From: Escherichia coli
GTDB lineage: Bacteria; Pseudomonadota; Gammaproteobacteria; Enterobacterales; Enterobacteriaceae
Direction: 5' to 3' (one strand)
Assembly: GCF_024700885.2 (NCBI RefSeq)
Contig: NZ_CP117016.1
DNA length: 64,000 nt
Below the pieces are notes generated by a model. The model was not told the DNA's origin. It was given only the letters and a program-made list of their open reading frames with translations, and made no database searches. The position numbers were made by a program, and so were the translations under genes. Below, piece by piece: positions 19,604 through 32,583 of this stretch (position 1 is its first letter; every line of letters starts with the position of its first letter).

Positions 19604-20548
19604 ATGAAGCTTAAGAACACCCTCCTGGCGTCGGCACTGCTTTCTGCTACGGCATTCTCCGTTAACGCAGCAACAGAACTGACACCGGAGCAAGCGGCAG
19701 CGGTTAAACCTTTTGACCGTGTAGTGGTTACCGGTCGTTTTAATGCTATTGGCGAAGCGGTGAAAGCCGTTTCTCGTCGCGCAGATAAAGAAGGTGCCGC
19801 CTCTTTTTATGTTGTCGACACTTCTGATTTTGGTAACAGCGGTAACTGGCGTGTGGTCGCTGACCTCTATAAAGCCGATGCTGAAAAAGCAGAAGAAACA
19901 AGTAATCGCGTAATTAACGGTGTTGTCGAACTGCCGAAAGATCAGGCCGTTCTGATTGAACCGTTTGACACGGTCACCGTCCAGGGCTTCTATCGTAGCC
20001 AGCCAGAAGTCAATGATGCCATCACCAAAGCGGCAAAAGCGAAAGGTGCCTACTCTTTCTACATCGTTCGTCAAATCGATGCCAACCAGGGCGGCAACCA
20101 GCGTATTACTGCATTCATCTATAAAAAAGATGCTAAGAAACGTATCGTCCAGAGCCCGGATGTGATCCCGGCAGATTCCGAAGCAGGACGTGCAGCTCTG
20201 GCTGCCGGTGGCGAAGCTGCGAAGAAAGTTGAGATCCCGGGTGTTGCGACTACCGCATCACCAAGTTCTGAAGTCGGTCGCTTCTTTGAAACCCAGTCAT
20301 CAAAAGGCGGGCGTTACACCGTCACGCTCCCGGATGGCACTAAAGTCGAAGAACTGAACAAAGCGACCGCAGCGATGATGGTCCCGTTCGACAGCATCAA
20401 ATTCTCTGGCAACTACGGCAACATGACTGAAGTCTCCTATCAGGTTGCGAAACGTGCCGCGAAGAAAGGTGCTAAGTATTACCACATCACCCGCCAGTGG
20501 CAGGAACGTGGTAATAACCTGACCGTCAGCGCAGATCTGTATAAATAA
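19604..20548 (+). CDS. ydgH: Periplasmic DUF1471-repeat protein
   Basis: 314-aa ORF with signal peptide and three repeated domains. Confidence 0.95.
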   Translation: MKLKNTLLASALLSATAFSVNAATELTPEQAAAVKPFDRVVVTGRFNAIGEAVKAVSRRADKEGAASFYVVDTSDFGNSGNWRVVADLYKADAEKAEETSNRVINGVVELPKDQAVLIEPFDTVTVQGFYRSQPEVNDAITKAAKAKGAYSFYIVRQIDANQGGNQRITAFIYKKDAKKRIVQSPDVIPADSEAGRAALAAGGEAAKKVEIPGVATTASPSSEVGRFFETQSSKGGRYTVTLPDGTKVEELNKATAAMMVPFDSIKFSGNYGNMTEVSYQVAKRAAKKGAKYYHITRQWQERGNNLTVSADLYK

Positions 20549-20568
20549 CTATTCAGTTACTCCTATAA

Positions 20569-20597
20569 GGCGGCTTGATGCCGCCTTTCGCATTTTT
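20569..20597 (+). terminator. Rho-independent terminator after ydgH
   Basis: ggcggc-ttgat-gccgcc then tttcgcattttt. Confidence 0.6.
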
Positions 20598-20733
20598 AGT
20601 CACAAATTTCCCCGCGACCATTGCATGCAGACACATCTCTTCGTAAAATCCCGCGCTTCAGTGGCAAACTCCATTTTTATGCGTTTTGCCCTAATATTTA
20701 TTCTTCTTATCACGTTTTAATCACTGGATATCG

Positions 20734-22116
20734 ATGGAAAAGAAACTGGGACTGAGCGCACTCACCGCGCTGGTATTAAGCTCAATGCTGGGCGCGGGTG
20801 TTTTCAGTCTGCCGCAAAATATGGCGGCAGTTGCCAGCCCGGCAGCACTGCTCATCGGCTGGGGCATTACTGGCGCTGGCATTTTATTGCTGGCCTTTGC
20901 CATGCTGATCCTCACGCGCATTCGTCCCGAACTTGACGGCGGTATCTTTACCTATGCCCGCGAAGGGTTTGGCGAGCTAATCGGCTTTTGTTCCGCATGG
21001 GGATACTGGCTGTGCGCAGTCATCGCCAACGTCTCCTATCTGGTGATCGTTTTTTCCGCGTTAAGCTTTTTTACGGACACGCCGGAATTGCGCCTGTTTG
21101 GCGATGGTAATACCTGGCAATCGATCCTCGGTGCATCGGCTTTATTGTGGATTGTTCACTTTTTGATCCTGCGCGGAGTGCAAACCGCTGCCAGCATTAA
21201 CCTGGTGGCGACACTGGCAAAATTGTTGCCGCTGGGTCTGTTTGTTGTGCTGGCGATGATGATGTTCAAACTGGATACCTTCAAGCTCGACTTCACCGGA
21301 CTTGCACTTGGCGTACCCGTTTGGGAACAGGTGAAAAACACCATGCTGATCACCCTGTGGGTTTTCATTGGTGTGGAAGGTGCCGTGGTTGTTTCTGCGC
21401 GTGCGCGTAATAAACGTGATGTTGGCAAAGCGACACTGCTGGCGGTTCTCTCCGCTCTGGGCGTTTACTTGCTGGTAACGCTGCTTTCGCTGGGCGTGGT
21501 GGCACGTCCTGAACTGGCTGAAATTCGTAACCCGTCAATGGCCGGTCTGATGGTGGAAATGATGGGACCGTGGGGCGAAATCATCATCGCTGCCGGTTTG
21601 ATCGTTTCCGTTTGCGGCGCGTACTTAAGCTGGACCATCATGGCGGCAGAAGTTCCGTTCCTGGCTGCCACTCATAAAGCATTCCCGCGCATTTTTGCGC
21701 GCCAGAACGCACAAGCTGCGCCATCCGCCTCACTGTGGTTGACCAACATCTGCGTGCAAATTTGTCTGGTACTCATCTGGCTGACCGGTTCCGATTACAA
21801 CACGTTGCTGACCATCGCCTCAGAAATGATTCTGGTGCCCTATTTCCTGGTCGGCGCGTTCTTGCTGAAAATCGCAACCCGTCCACTGCATAAAGCGGTA
21901 GGTGTCGGTGCCTGCATTTATGGCTTATGGTTATTGTACGCCTCTGGTCCAATGCACTTGCTGTTATCCGTTGTTCTGTATGCGCCGGGGCTGCTGGTTT
22001 TCCTGTATGCGCGTAAAACGCATACACATGATAACGTACTGAACCGCCAGGAAATGGTGCTAATTGGCATGCTGTTAATTGCCTCAGTTCCGGCGACCTG
22101 GATGCTGGTGGGATAA
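20734..22116 (+). CDS. ydgI: Putative arginine:ornithine antiporter (APC family)
   Basis: 460-aa polytopic membrane ORF recognised as YdgI/ArcD-like. Confidence 0.95.
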   Translation: MEKKLGLSALTALVLSSMLGAGVFSLPQNMAAVASPAALLIGWGITGAGILLLAFAMLILTRIRPELDGGIFTYAREGFGELIGFCSAWGYWLCAVIANVSYLVIVFSALSFFTDTPELRLFGDGNTWQSILGASALLWIVHFLILRGVQTAASINLVATLAKLLPLGLFVVLAMMMFKLDTFKLDFTGLALGVPVWEQVKNTMLITLWVFIGVEGAVVVSARARNKRDVGKATLLAVLSALGVYLLVTLLSLGVVARPELAEIRNPSMAGLMVEMMGPWGEIIIAAGLIVSVCGAYLSWTIMAAEVPFLAATHKAFPRIFARQNAQAAPSASLWLTNICVQICLVLIWLTGSDYNTLLTIASEMILVPYFLVGAFLLKIATRPLHKAVGVGACIYGLWLLYASGPMHLLLSVVLYAPGLLVFLYARKTHTHDNVLNRQEMVLIGMLLIASVPATWMLVG

Positions 22117-22152
22117 CGTTCATCCCATCGTTGGATAGCAAAGGAGATAACG

Positions 22153-22875
22153 ATGGGTAAAGCCCAGCCCTTGCCAATATTAATTACTGGCGGAGGTCGT
22201 CGCATCGGCCTCGCACTCGCCTGGCATTTCATTAATCAAAAGCAACCGGTGATTGTCAGCTATCGGACGCACTATCCAGCCATTGATGGACTGATTAAGG
22301 CAGGTGCGCAGTGTATTCAGGCTGATTTTTCGACCAACGACGGTGTGATGGCGTTTGCCGATGAAGTACTAAAAAGCACCCATGGTCTGCGTGCTATTTT
22401 GCATAACGCCAGCGCGTGGATGGCGGAAAAACCGGGAGCGCCACTGACCGACGTACTGGCTTGCATGATGCAGATCCACGTTAATACCCCATACCTGCTC
22501 AACCATGCGCTGGAAAGATTACTGCGTGGGCACGGACACGCCGCCAGTGATATCATTCACTTTACCGATTATGTGGTGGAGCGCGGTAGCGACAAACATA
22601 TTGCCTATGCTGCAAGCAAGGCGGCACTGGATAATATGACCCGCTCGTTTGCCCGCAAGCTGGCACCGGAAGTGAAAGTGAATTCTATTGCGCCATCGCT
22701 GATCCTGTTTAATGAGCATGATGATGCCGAATATCGACAACAGGCGCTGAATAAATCACTGATGAAAACCGCGCCTGGCGAGAAAGAAGTGATCGACCTG
22801 GTCGATTACTTACTTACCAGCTGCTTTGTCACCGGACGCAGTTTCCCTCTTGATGGCGGTCGTCATCTGCGTTAA
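22153..22875 (+). CDS. folM: Dihydromonapterin reductase / alternative dihydrofolate reductase
   Basis: 240-aa SDR-family ORF recognised as FolM. Confidence 0.95.
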   Translation: MGKAQPLPILITGGGRRIGLALAWHFINQKQPVIVSYRTHYPAIDGLIKAGAQCIQADFSTNDGVMAFADEVLKSTHGLRAILHNASAWMAEKPGAPLTDVLACMMQIHVNTPYLLNHALERLLRGHGHAASDIIHFTDYVVERGSDKHIAYAASKAALDNMTRSFARKLAPEVKVNSIAPSLILFNEHDDAEYRQQALNKSLMKTAPGEKEVIDLVDYLLTSCFVTGRSFPLDGGRHLR

Positions 22876-23207
22876 TGCAGCTTAATCCAGCATATAATCA
22901 ACACCCATGCGCTTATCCCCCAGCATGCAACAGAACCAACAAAAGCGGCGGGCAAGCGCATCATTCCGGTGAAATACCACAGCGACGCCAGGTAAACAAA
23001 ATAGGGAATAATCGACCACATGCTAAAAATGATGGTTGCGCGTAAGGCTTCAATGCCGCGTTCGCTGGCAACAATATAATGCGCGATGAGCGCAAAGGTC
23101 GGGAAAAGTGGAATCAGCCCGGCGATATAATAATTTTTCGTTTTTGCTAAAACACCAATCAACAGCACTACCAGCGCACCGAGCGCGGCTTTGATTACCA
23201 GCCCCAT
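22872..23207 (-). CDS. ydgC: GlpM-family inner membrane protein
   Basis: 111-aa hydrophobic ORF. Confidence 0.9.
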   Translation of the reverse strand: MGLVIKAALGALVVLLIGVLAKTKNYYIAGLIPLFPTFALIAHYIVASERGIEALRATIIFSMWSIIPYFVYLASLWYFTGMMRLPAAFVGSVACWGISAWVLIICWIKLH

Positions 23208-23335
23208 CTTTTTACCTTAACACCTCCATAACAAGTCATCAGTAGAATACCTGATGAAAGCTTGTTTAGAAACGATTGATAGTAAGTAAAAACAGCGCGG
23301 TGTATTGTGACGTTTTTATATCTACCGTGAATGTT

Positions 23336-24055
23336 ATGAACACTATCGTATTTGTGGAAGATGATGCGGAAGTCGGTTCACTGATTGCCGCGTACCTGGC
23401 AAAACATGATATGCAGGTTACCGTAGAGCCGCGCGGCGACCAGGCCGAAGAAACCATTTTGCGAGAAAATCCGGATTTGGTGTTACTCGATATCATGCTA
23501 CCAGGCAAGGACGGCATGACCATTTGTCGTGATTTACGCGCAAAGTGGTCCGGACCGATTGTTCTTCTAACCTCTCTCGATAGCGATATGAACCACATCC
23601 TGGCACTGGAAATGGGTGCCTGCGACTATATTCTCAAAACGACGCCCCCTGCTGTTTTGTTAGCGCGTTTACGTTTGCATTTGCGTCAGAATGAGCAAGC
23701 CACACTGAGCAAAGGTCTTCAGGAAACGTCTCTGACTCCCTACAAAGCCCTGCATTTCGGCACGTTGACCATCGATCCTATCAACCGCGTAGTCACCCTG
23801 GCTAACACTGAAATCTCGCTCTCGACAGCTGATTTCGAATTATTGTGGGAATTAGCTACCCATGCTGGGCAAATCATGGACCGCGATGCATTGCTGAAAA
23901 ATTTACGTGGCGTCAGTTATGACGGACTGGATCGTAGCGTGGACGTGGCTATTTCGCGGTTAAGAAAAAAACTGCTCGATAACGCCGCAGAACCTTATCG
24001 CATTAAAACTGTGCGTAACAAAGGCTATCTTTTTGCGCCTCATGCATGGGAATAA
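23336..24055 (+). CDS. rstA: Two-component response regulator RstA
   Basis: ORF 23276..24055; start placed at MNTIVFVEDD (23336) giving 239 aa; receiver plus winged-helix domains. Confidence 0.95.
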   Translation: MNTIVFVEDDAEVGSLIAAYLAKHDMQVTVEPRGDQAEETILRENPDLVLLDIMLPGKDGMTICRDLRAKWSGPIVLLTSLDSDMNHILALEMGACDYILKTTPPAVLLARLRLHLRQNEQATLSKGLQETSLTPYKALHFGTLTIDPINRVVTLANTEISLSTADFELLWELATHAGQIMDRDALLKNLRGVSYDGLDRSVDVAISRLRKKLLDNAAEPYRIKTVRNKGYLFAPHAWE

Positions 24056-24058
24056 GCG

Positions 24059-25360
24059 ATGAAAAAACTGTTTATCCAGTTTTACCTGTTATTGTTTGTC
24101 TGCTTCCTTGTGATGTCTCTGCTGGTCGGGCTGGTGTACAAATTTACCGCCGAACGCGCGGGCAAACAGTCGCTGGATGATTTGATGAACAGTTCGCTGT
24201 ATCTGATGCGTAGCGAATTGCGTGAGATCCCCCCACACGACTGGGGTAAGACGCTGAAAGAGATGGATTTAAATCTCTCTTTCGATCTGCGTGTCGAGCC
24301 ACTGAGTAAATACCATCTGGATGATATTTCCATGCACCGGCTGCGTGGCGGCGAAATTGTCGCTCTGGACGATCAGTACACCTTTTTGCAACGTATCCCG
24401 CGCAGCCACTACGTGCTGGCAGTTGGTCCTGTTCCTTATCTTTATTACCTCCATCAGATGCGATTACTGGATATCGCCCTGATCGCTTTTATTGCCATTT
24501 CCCTCGCCTTTCCGGTGTTTATCTGGATGCGTCCGCACTGGCAGGATATGTTAAAACTGGAAGCAGCGGCGCAACGATTTGGCGATGGGCATCTCAGTGA
24601 GCGTATCCACTTTGATGAGGGTTCGAGCTTTGAACGACTTGGCGTCGCATTTAACCAGATGGCGGACAATATCAACGCCTTGATTGCCAGCAAAAAACAG
24701 CTTATCGACGGAATCGCTCACGAACTGCGAACGCCGTTAGTGCGCTTGCGTTATCGACTGGAGATGAGTGATAACCTGAGCGCCGCCGAATCCCAGGCAT
24801 TGAATCGCGATATCAGTCAACTTGAAGCTTTAATTGAAGAGCTACTGACTTATGCCCGACTCGATCGCCCACAAAACGAGCTTCATCTTAGCGAACCAGA
24901 CCTGCCGTTGTGGCTGTCAACGCATCTGGCAGACATTCAGGCAGTAACACCCGATAAAACGGTACGGATTAAAACGCTCGCGCAAGGCCATTATGCGGCG
25001 TTGGATATGCGCTTAATGGAGCGTGTGCTGGATAATTTGCTCAATAACGCCCTGCGCTACTGCCATTCAACGGTTGAAACCAGCCTGCTACTGTCGGGGA
25101 ATAGAGCGACATTAATTGTTGAGGATGATGGCCCAGGGATTGCCCCAGAAAACCGCGAACATATCTTTGAACCTTTTGTTCGCCTCGATCCCAGCCGGGA
25201 TCGCTCAACCGGCGGCTGCGGGCTGGGGTTGGCGATTGTCCACTCTATAGCACTGGCAATGGGCGGTACGGTTAATTGTGACACCAGCGAACTGGGTGGT
25301 GCCCGCTTCTCGTTTAGTTGGCAGTTATGGCATAACATCCCGCAATTTACCTCTGCCTGA
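24059..25360 (+). CDS. rstB: Sensor histidine kinase RstB
   Basis: 433-aa ORF with TM segments, HAMP, H-box (HELRTPL) and ATPase domain. Confidence 0.96.
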   Translation: MKKLFIQFYLLLFVCFLVMSLLVGLVYKFTAERAGKQSLDDLMNSSLYLMRSELREIPPHDWGKTLKEMDLNLSFDLRVEPLSKYHLDDISMHRLRGGEIVALDDQYTFLQRIPRSHYVLAVGPVPYLYYLHQMRLLDIALIAFIAISLAFPVFIWMRPHWQDMLKLEAAAQRFGDGHLSERIHFDEGSSFERLGVAFNQMADNINALIASKKQLIDGIAHELRTPLVRLRYRLEMSDNLSAAESQALNRDISQLEALIEELLTYARLDRPQNELHLSEPDLPLWLSTHLADIQAVTPDKTVRIKTLAQGHYAALDMRLMERVLDNLLNNALRYCHSTVETSLLLSGNRATLIVEDDGPGIAPENREHIFEPFVRLDPSRDRSTGGCGLGLAIVHSIALAMGGTVNCDTSELGGARFSFSWQLWHNIPQFTSA

Positions 25361-25402
25361 CACTACGCGCACGGTGGTCAAGTCACCACCATTGTGCTAT
25401 AA

Positions 25403-27765
<2,363 letters not shown>

Positions 27766-27878
27766 GGCCTGCTCCTCACCTGATTAATTTTTTCTTTCTG
27801 TTTTGCTTTCGTTAAGCAACTTTTAGCTCACTCATTATTTACTATTTGATAACAAATGTTTGGTCTTTCGTGCCATGT

Positions 27879-27906
27879 AAAAAAACCGCCCCGAAGGGCG
27901 GCTCTG
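27879..27906 (-). terminator. Rho-independent terminator after fumA
   Basis: Minus-strand hairpin cagagccgcccttcggggcgg followed by TTTTTTT. Confidence 0.65.
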
Positions 27907-27907
27907 T

Positions 27908-29554
27908 TTATTTCACACAGCGGGTGCACTGTGTGAGTTGTATCTGCTGGAAGAAGTCATTTCCTTTATCATCCACAAGGATAAACGCCGGGAAATCTTC
28001 CACTTCAATTTTCCAGATGGCTTCCATTCCCAGTTCCGGATATTCAACACATTCCAGGCTCTTAATGCTTCCCTGCGCCAATACAGCTGCCGGACCACCG
28101 ATACTACCGAGGTAGAAACCGCCGTGTTTTTTACAAGCATCCGTCACCTGCTGGCTGCGGTTGCCTTTCGCCAGCATGATCATACTTCCGCCCTGCGCTT
28201 GCAGTTGATCGACATAAGAATCCATCCGTCCGGCGGTCGTTGGGCCAAGAGAACCGGAGGCATAACCTTCCGGCGTTTTGGCCGGACCCGCATAGTAAAT
28301 CGGATGATCTTTGATGTACTGCGGCAGCCCTTCACCGTTATCCATCCGCTCTTTCAGTTTGGCGTGAGCAATATCACGACCGACGATAATCGTGCCGTTA
28401 AGCGATAAGCGTGTAGAAACGGGGTACTGCGACAACTGTGCGAGGATCTCTTTCATCGGACGGTTAAGGTCAACGCGCACCGCTTCGCCTTCTCCCGTTT
28501 TGCGCAGCTCTTCCGGAATATATTTGCCTGGATTATGTTCCAGTTTTTCGATCCAGATCCCCTGACGGTTGATCTTCGCTTTGATATTACGGTCAGCGGA
28601 ACAGGAGACGCCCATTCCGACCGGGCAGGATGCGCCGTGACGTGGCAGGCGAATCACGCGGATGTCGTGAGCGAAGTATTTACCACCAAACTGCGCACCC
28701 AGACCAAGATTTTGCGCTTCGATCAGCAATTCTTTTTCCAGTTCCACATCGCGGAACGCCTGACCGTGCTCATTCCCTTCCGTTGGCAATTCATCATAGT
28801 ATTTAGCGGAAGCCAGTTTCACCGTTTTAAGGTTCGTTTCCGCAGAAGTTCCACCAATCACAAATGCAATATGATAGGGAGGACAGGCCGCCGTACCCAG
28901 CGTGCGCATCTTCTCAACCAGGTAATTTTTCAGTTTCCCCGGCGTTAGTAACGCTTTGGTTTCCTGATAGAGATACGTCTTGTTTGCCGAACCGCCACCT
29001 TTGGCGATACAGAGGAATTTGTACTCGTCGCCATCAACGGCATAAAGATCGATCTGCGCTGGTAGATTGGTGCCGGTATTCACCTCTTTATACATATCCA
29101 GCGGCGCGTTTTGCGAGTAGCGCAGATTATCTTCGATATAAGTGTTATAGACACCGCGTGCCAGCGCCGCTTCATCACCGCCACCGGTCCATACACGCTG
29201 CCCTTTTTTACCAACAATAATCGCGGTGCCGGTATCCTGACAGGTTGGCAGAACGCCTTTCGCCGCGATGTCGGAGTTGCGCAGGAATTGCAGCGCCACA
29301 TATTTATCATTTTCGCTGGCTTCCGGGTCACGCAGAATGTCGGCCACCTGTTGTTGGTGAGCCGGACGCAGCATAAATGACGCATCATGAAACGCCTGAC
29401 GCGCCAACAAAGTTAACGCTTCGGGTGCGACTTTCAAAATCTCCTGCCCTTCAAATTCAGATACGCTAACGTGTTCGCTGGTTAGCAGGTAATACTCAGT
29501 ATCATCTTTTTTGAGTGGAAAAGGAGCCTGATAATGAAAGGGTTTGTTTGACAT
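27908..29554 (-). CDS. fumA: Fumarate hydratase class I (aerobic)
   Basis: 548-aa ORF recognised as FumA. Confidence 0.97.
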   Translation of the reverse strand: MSNKPFHYQAPFPLKKDDTEYYLLTSEHVSVSEFEGQEILKVAPEALTLLARQAFHDASFMLRPAHQQQVADILRDPEASENDKYVALQFLRNSDIAAKGVLPTCQDTGTAIIVGKKGQRVWTGGGDEAALARGVYNTYIEDNLRYSQNAPLDMYKEVNTGTNLPAQIDLYAVDGDEYKFLCIAKGGGSANKTYLYQETKALLTPGKLKNYLVEKMRTLGTAACPPYHIAFVIGGTSAETNLKTVKLASAKYYDELPTEGNEHGQAFRDVELEKELLIEAQNLGLGAQFGGKYFAHDIRVIRLPRHGASCPVGMGVSCSADRNIKAKINRQGIWIEKLEHNPGKYIPEELRKTGEGEAVRVDLNRPMKEILAQLSQYPVSTRLSLNGTIIVGRDIAHAKLKERMDNGEGLPQYIKDHPIYYAGPAKTPEGYASGSLGPTTAGRMDSYVDQLQAQGGSMIMLAKGNRSQQVTDACKKHGGFYLGSIGGPAAVLAQGSIKSLECVEYPELGMEAIWKIEVEDFPAFILVDDKGNDFFQQIQLTQCTRCVK

Positions 29555-29752
29555 TGTTCTCTCACTTACTGCCTGGTTTGGTTATGCTCTGGGCGGGTGT
29601 TCCGTTGCCCTGTTAAAAGCGAGTAACAATATCCTACACACTTTTTTAACAAAAACTGAGACTAGTACGACTTTTTGCGGCTCCAGGTTACTTCCCGTAG
29701 GATTCTTGCTTTAATAGCGGGATTAATTTCCACATTAAAACAGGGATTGATC

Positions 29753-30928
29753 ATGCAAAAACTCATTAACTCAGTGCAAAACTATGCCTGGGGCAGCAAA
29801 ACGGCGTTGACTGAACTTTATGGTATGGAAAATCCGTCCAGCCAGCCGATGGCCGAGCTGTGGATGGGCGCACATCCGAAAAGCAGTTCACGGGTGCAGA
29901 ATGCCGCCGGAGATATCGTTTCACTGCGTGATGTGATTGAGAGTGATAAATCGACTCTGCTCGGAGAGGCCGTTGCCAAACGCTTTGGCGAACTGCCTTT
30001 CCTGTTCAAAGTATTATGCGCAGCACAGCCGCTCTCCATTCAGGTTCATCCAAACAAACGCAATTCTGAAATCGGTTTTGCCAAAGAAAATGCCGCAGGT
30101 ATTCCGATGGATGCCGCCGAGCGTAACTATAAAGATCCTAACCACAAGCCGGAGCTGGTTTTTGCGCTGACGCCTTTCCTTGCGATGAACGCGTTTCGTG
30201 AATTTTCCGAGATTGTCTCCCTACTCCAGCCAGTCGCAGGTGCACATCCGGCGATTGCTCACTTTTTACAACAGCCTGATGCCGAACGTTTAAGCGAACT
30301 GTTCGCCAGCCTGCTGAATATGCAGGGGGAAGAAAAATCCCGCGCGCTGGCGATTTTAAAATCGGCGCTCGACAGTCAGCAGGGTGAACCGTGGCAAACG
30401 ATTCGTTTAATTTCTGAATTTTACCCGGATGACAGCGGTCTGTTCTCCCCGCTGTTGCTGAATGTGGTGAAATTGAATCCTGGCGAAGCGATGTTCCTGT
30501 TCGCTGAAACGCCGCACGCTTACCTGCAAGGCGTAGCGCTGGAAGTGATGGCGAACTCCGATAATGTGCTGCGTGCGGGTCTGACGCCTAAATATATTGA
30601 TATTCCGGAACTGGTTGCCAATGTGAAGTTCGAAGCCAAACCGGCTAACCAGTTGTTGACCCAGCCGGTGAAACAAGGTGCAGAACTGGACTTCCCGATT
30701 CCTGTTGATGATTTTGCCTTCTCGCTGCATGACCTTAGTGATAAAGAAACCACCATCAGCCAGCAGAGTGCCGCCATTTTGTTCTGCGTCGAAGGCGATG
30801 CAACGCTGTGGAAAGGTTCTCAGCAGTTACAGCTTAAACCGGGTGAATCAGCGTTTATTGCCGCCAACGAATCACCGGTGACTGTCAAAGGCCACGGCCG
30901 TTTAGCGCGTGTTTACAACAAGCTGTAA
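29753..30928 (+). CDS. manA: Mannose-6-phosphate isomerase
   Basis: ORF 29675..30928; start placed at MQKLINSVQNYAWGS (29753) giving 391 aa. Confidence 0.97.
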   Translation: MQKLINSVQNYAWGSKTALTELYGMENPSSQPMAELWMGAHPKSSSRVQNAAGDIVSLRDVIESDKSTLLGEAVAKRFGELPFLFKVLCAAQPLSIQVHPNKRNSEIGFAKENAAGIPMDAAERNYKDPNHKPELVFALTPFLAMNAFREFSEIVSLLQPVAGAHPAIAHFLQQPDAERLSELFASLLNMQGEEKSRALAILKSALDSQQGEPWQTIRLISEFYPDDSGLFSPLLLNVVKLNPGEAMFLFAETPHAYLQGVALEVMANSDNVLRAGLTPKYIDIPELVANVKFEAKPANQLLTQPVKQGAELDFPIPVDDFAFSLHDLSDKETTISQQSAAILFCVEGDATLWKGSQQLQLKPGESAFIAANESPVTVKGHGRLARVYNKL

Positions 30929-31028
30929 GAGCTTACTGAAAAAATTAACATCTCTTGCTAAGCTTATTAAAGGCTTATAACACCTTCAGGCGGCCAGTCC
31001 GCCTGATTTCATTTTATGGATAATCATT

Positions 31029-32537
31029 ATGAATAAATCGCTGGTAGCGGTAGGCGTCATTGTTGCGCTAGGCGTAGTCTGGACAGGCGGCGCATGGTAT
31101 ACAGGCAAGAAGATTGAAACCCATCTCGAAGACATGGTCGCGCAGGCGAACGCGCAACTCAAACTGACCGCTCCTGAATCCAACCTGGAAGTCAGTTATC
31201 AAAACTATCATCGCGGCGTATTCAGCAGCCAGTTGCAACTGTTGGTGAAACCCATTGCCGGGAAAGAAAATCCGTGGATTAAAAGCGGTCAGAGCGTCAT
31301 CTTCAACGAATCGGTTGATCATGGTCCCTTCCCCCTTGCCCAGCTAAAAAAACTGAACCTGATCCCGTCGATGGCATCAATTCAAACCACGCTGGTTAAT
31401 AACGAAGTTAGCAAGCCACTGTTTGATATGGCAAAAGGTGAAACGCCTTTTGAGATTAACTCCCGCATTGGTTACAGCGGAGATTCCAGTTCCGATATTT
31501 CGCTCAAGCCGCTGAATTACGAGCAAAAGGATGAAAAAGTCGCCTTTAGCGGCGGCGAGTTCCAGTTAAATGCGGACAGAGACGGCAAAGCTATCTCCCT
31601 TTCCGGGGAGGCGCAAAGTGGTCGGATAGACGCAGTTAACGAATACAACCAGAAAGTGCAGTTGACCTTTAATAATCTGAAAACCGACGGTTCCAGCACG
31701 CTGGCAAGTTTTGGTGAGCGCGTAGGAAACCAAAAACTGTCACTGGAAAAAATGACCATTTCAGTGGAAGGCAAAGAACTGGCACTGCTGGAAGGCATGG
31801 AGATCAGCGGTAAATCGGATCTGGTCAATGACGGTAAAACGATCAATAGCCAACTGGATTACTCGCTAAACAGCCTGAAGGTACAGAATCAGGATCTGGG
31901 CAGTGGCAAGCTGACTCTAAAAGTCGGCCAAATTGATGGCGAAGCCTGGCATCAGTTTAGCCAGCAATATAACGCGCAAACTCAGGCGCTGCTGGCACAG
32001 CCAGAAATTGCCAACAATCCCGAACTTTATCAGGAGAAAGTGACGGAAGCCTTCTTTAGCGCCCTGCCGCTGCTGCTGAAAGGCGATCCGGTGATTACTA
32101 TCGCGCCACTAAGCTGGAAAAACAGTCAGGGTGAAAGTGCGCTGAATCTGTCGCTGTTCCTGAAAGATCCGGCAACGACTAAAGAAGCGCCGCAAACGCT
32201 GGCGCAGGAAGTAGACCGTTCGGTTAAATCTCTGGATGCGAAACTGACCATTCCGGTGGATATGGCAACTGAGTTGATGACTCAGGTAGCGAAGCTGGAA
32301 GGTTATCAGGAAGATCAAGCGAAAAAACTGGCGAAACAGCAAGTTGAAGGTGCGTCAGCAATGGGGCAGATGTTCCGTCTGACCACCTTGCAGGACAATA
32401 CCATCACCACCAGCCTGCAATATGCTAACGGTCAGATCACGTTAAACGGGCAGAAAATGCCACTGGAAGATTTTGTTGGGATGTTTGCGATGCCGGCATT
32501 AAACGTTCCGGCTGTACCCGCTATTCCGCAGCAGTAA
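31029..32537 (+). CDS. ydgA: DUF945-family protein
   Basis: 502-aa ORF with N-terminal signal anchor. Confidence 0.93.
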   Translation: MNKSLVAVGVIVALGVVWTGGAWYTGKKIETHLEDMVAQANAQLKLTAPESNLEVSYQNYHRGVFSSQLQLLVKPIAGKENPWIKSGQSVIFNESVDHGPFPLAQLKKLNLIPSMASIQTTLVNNEVSKPLFDMAKGETPFEINSRIGYSGDSSSDISLKPLNYEQKDEKVAFSGGEFQLNADRDGKAISLSGEAQSGRIDAVNEYNQKVQLTFNNLKTDGSSTLASFGERVGNQKLSLEKMTISVEGKELALLEGMEISGKSDLVNDGKTINSQLDYSLNSLKVQNQDLGSGKLTLKVGQIDGEAWHQFSQQYNAQTQALLAQPEIANNPELYQEKVTEAFFSALPLLLKGDPVITIAPLSWKNSQGESALNLSLFLKDPATTKEAPQTLAQEVDRSVKSLDAKLTIPVDMATELMTQVAKLEGYQEDQAKKLAKQQVEGASAMGQMFRLTTLQDNTITTSLQYANGQITLNGQKMPLEDFVGMFAMPALNVPAVPAIPQQ

Positions 32538-32551
32538 TTCACAGCCAAAAC

Positions 32552-32583
32552 GCCGGAGATTTTTCTCTCCGGCATTTTTTTCT
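32552..32583. terminator. Bidirectional rho-independent terminator between ydgA and uidC
   Basis: gccggaga-tttttc-tctccggc flanked by A-run and T-run. Confidence 0.75.

Noticed and set aside
19526-20074. 182-aa minus-strand ORF overlapping ydgH
   Set aside because: Antisense to the recognisable ydgH; Cys/Phe-rich artefactual translation
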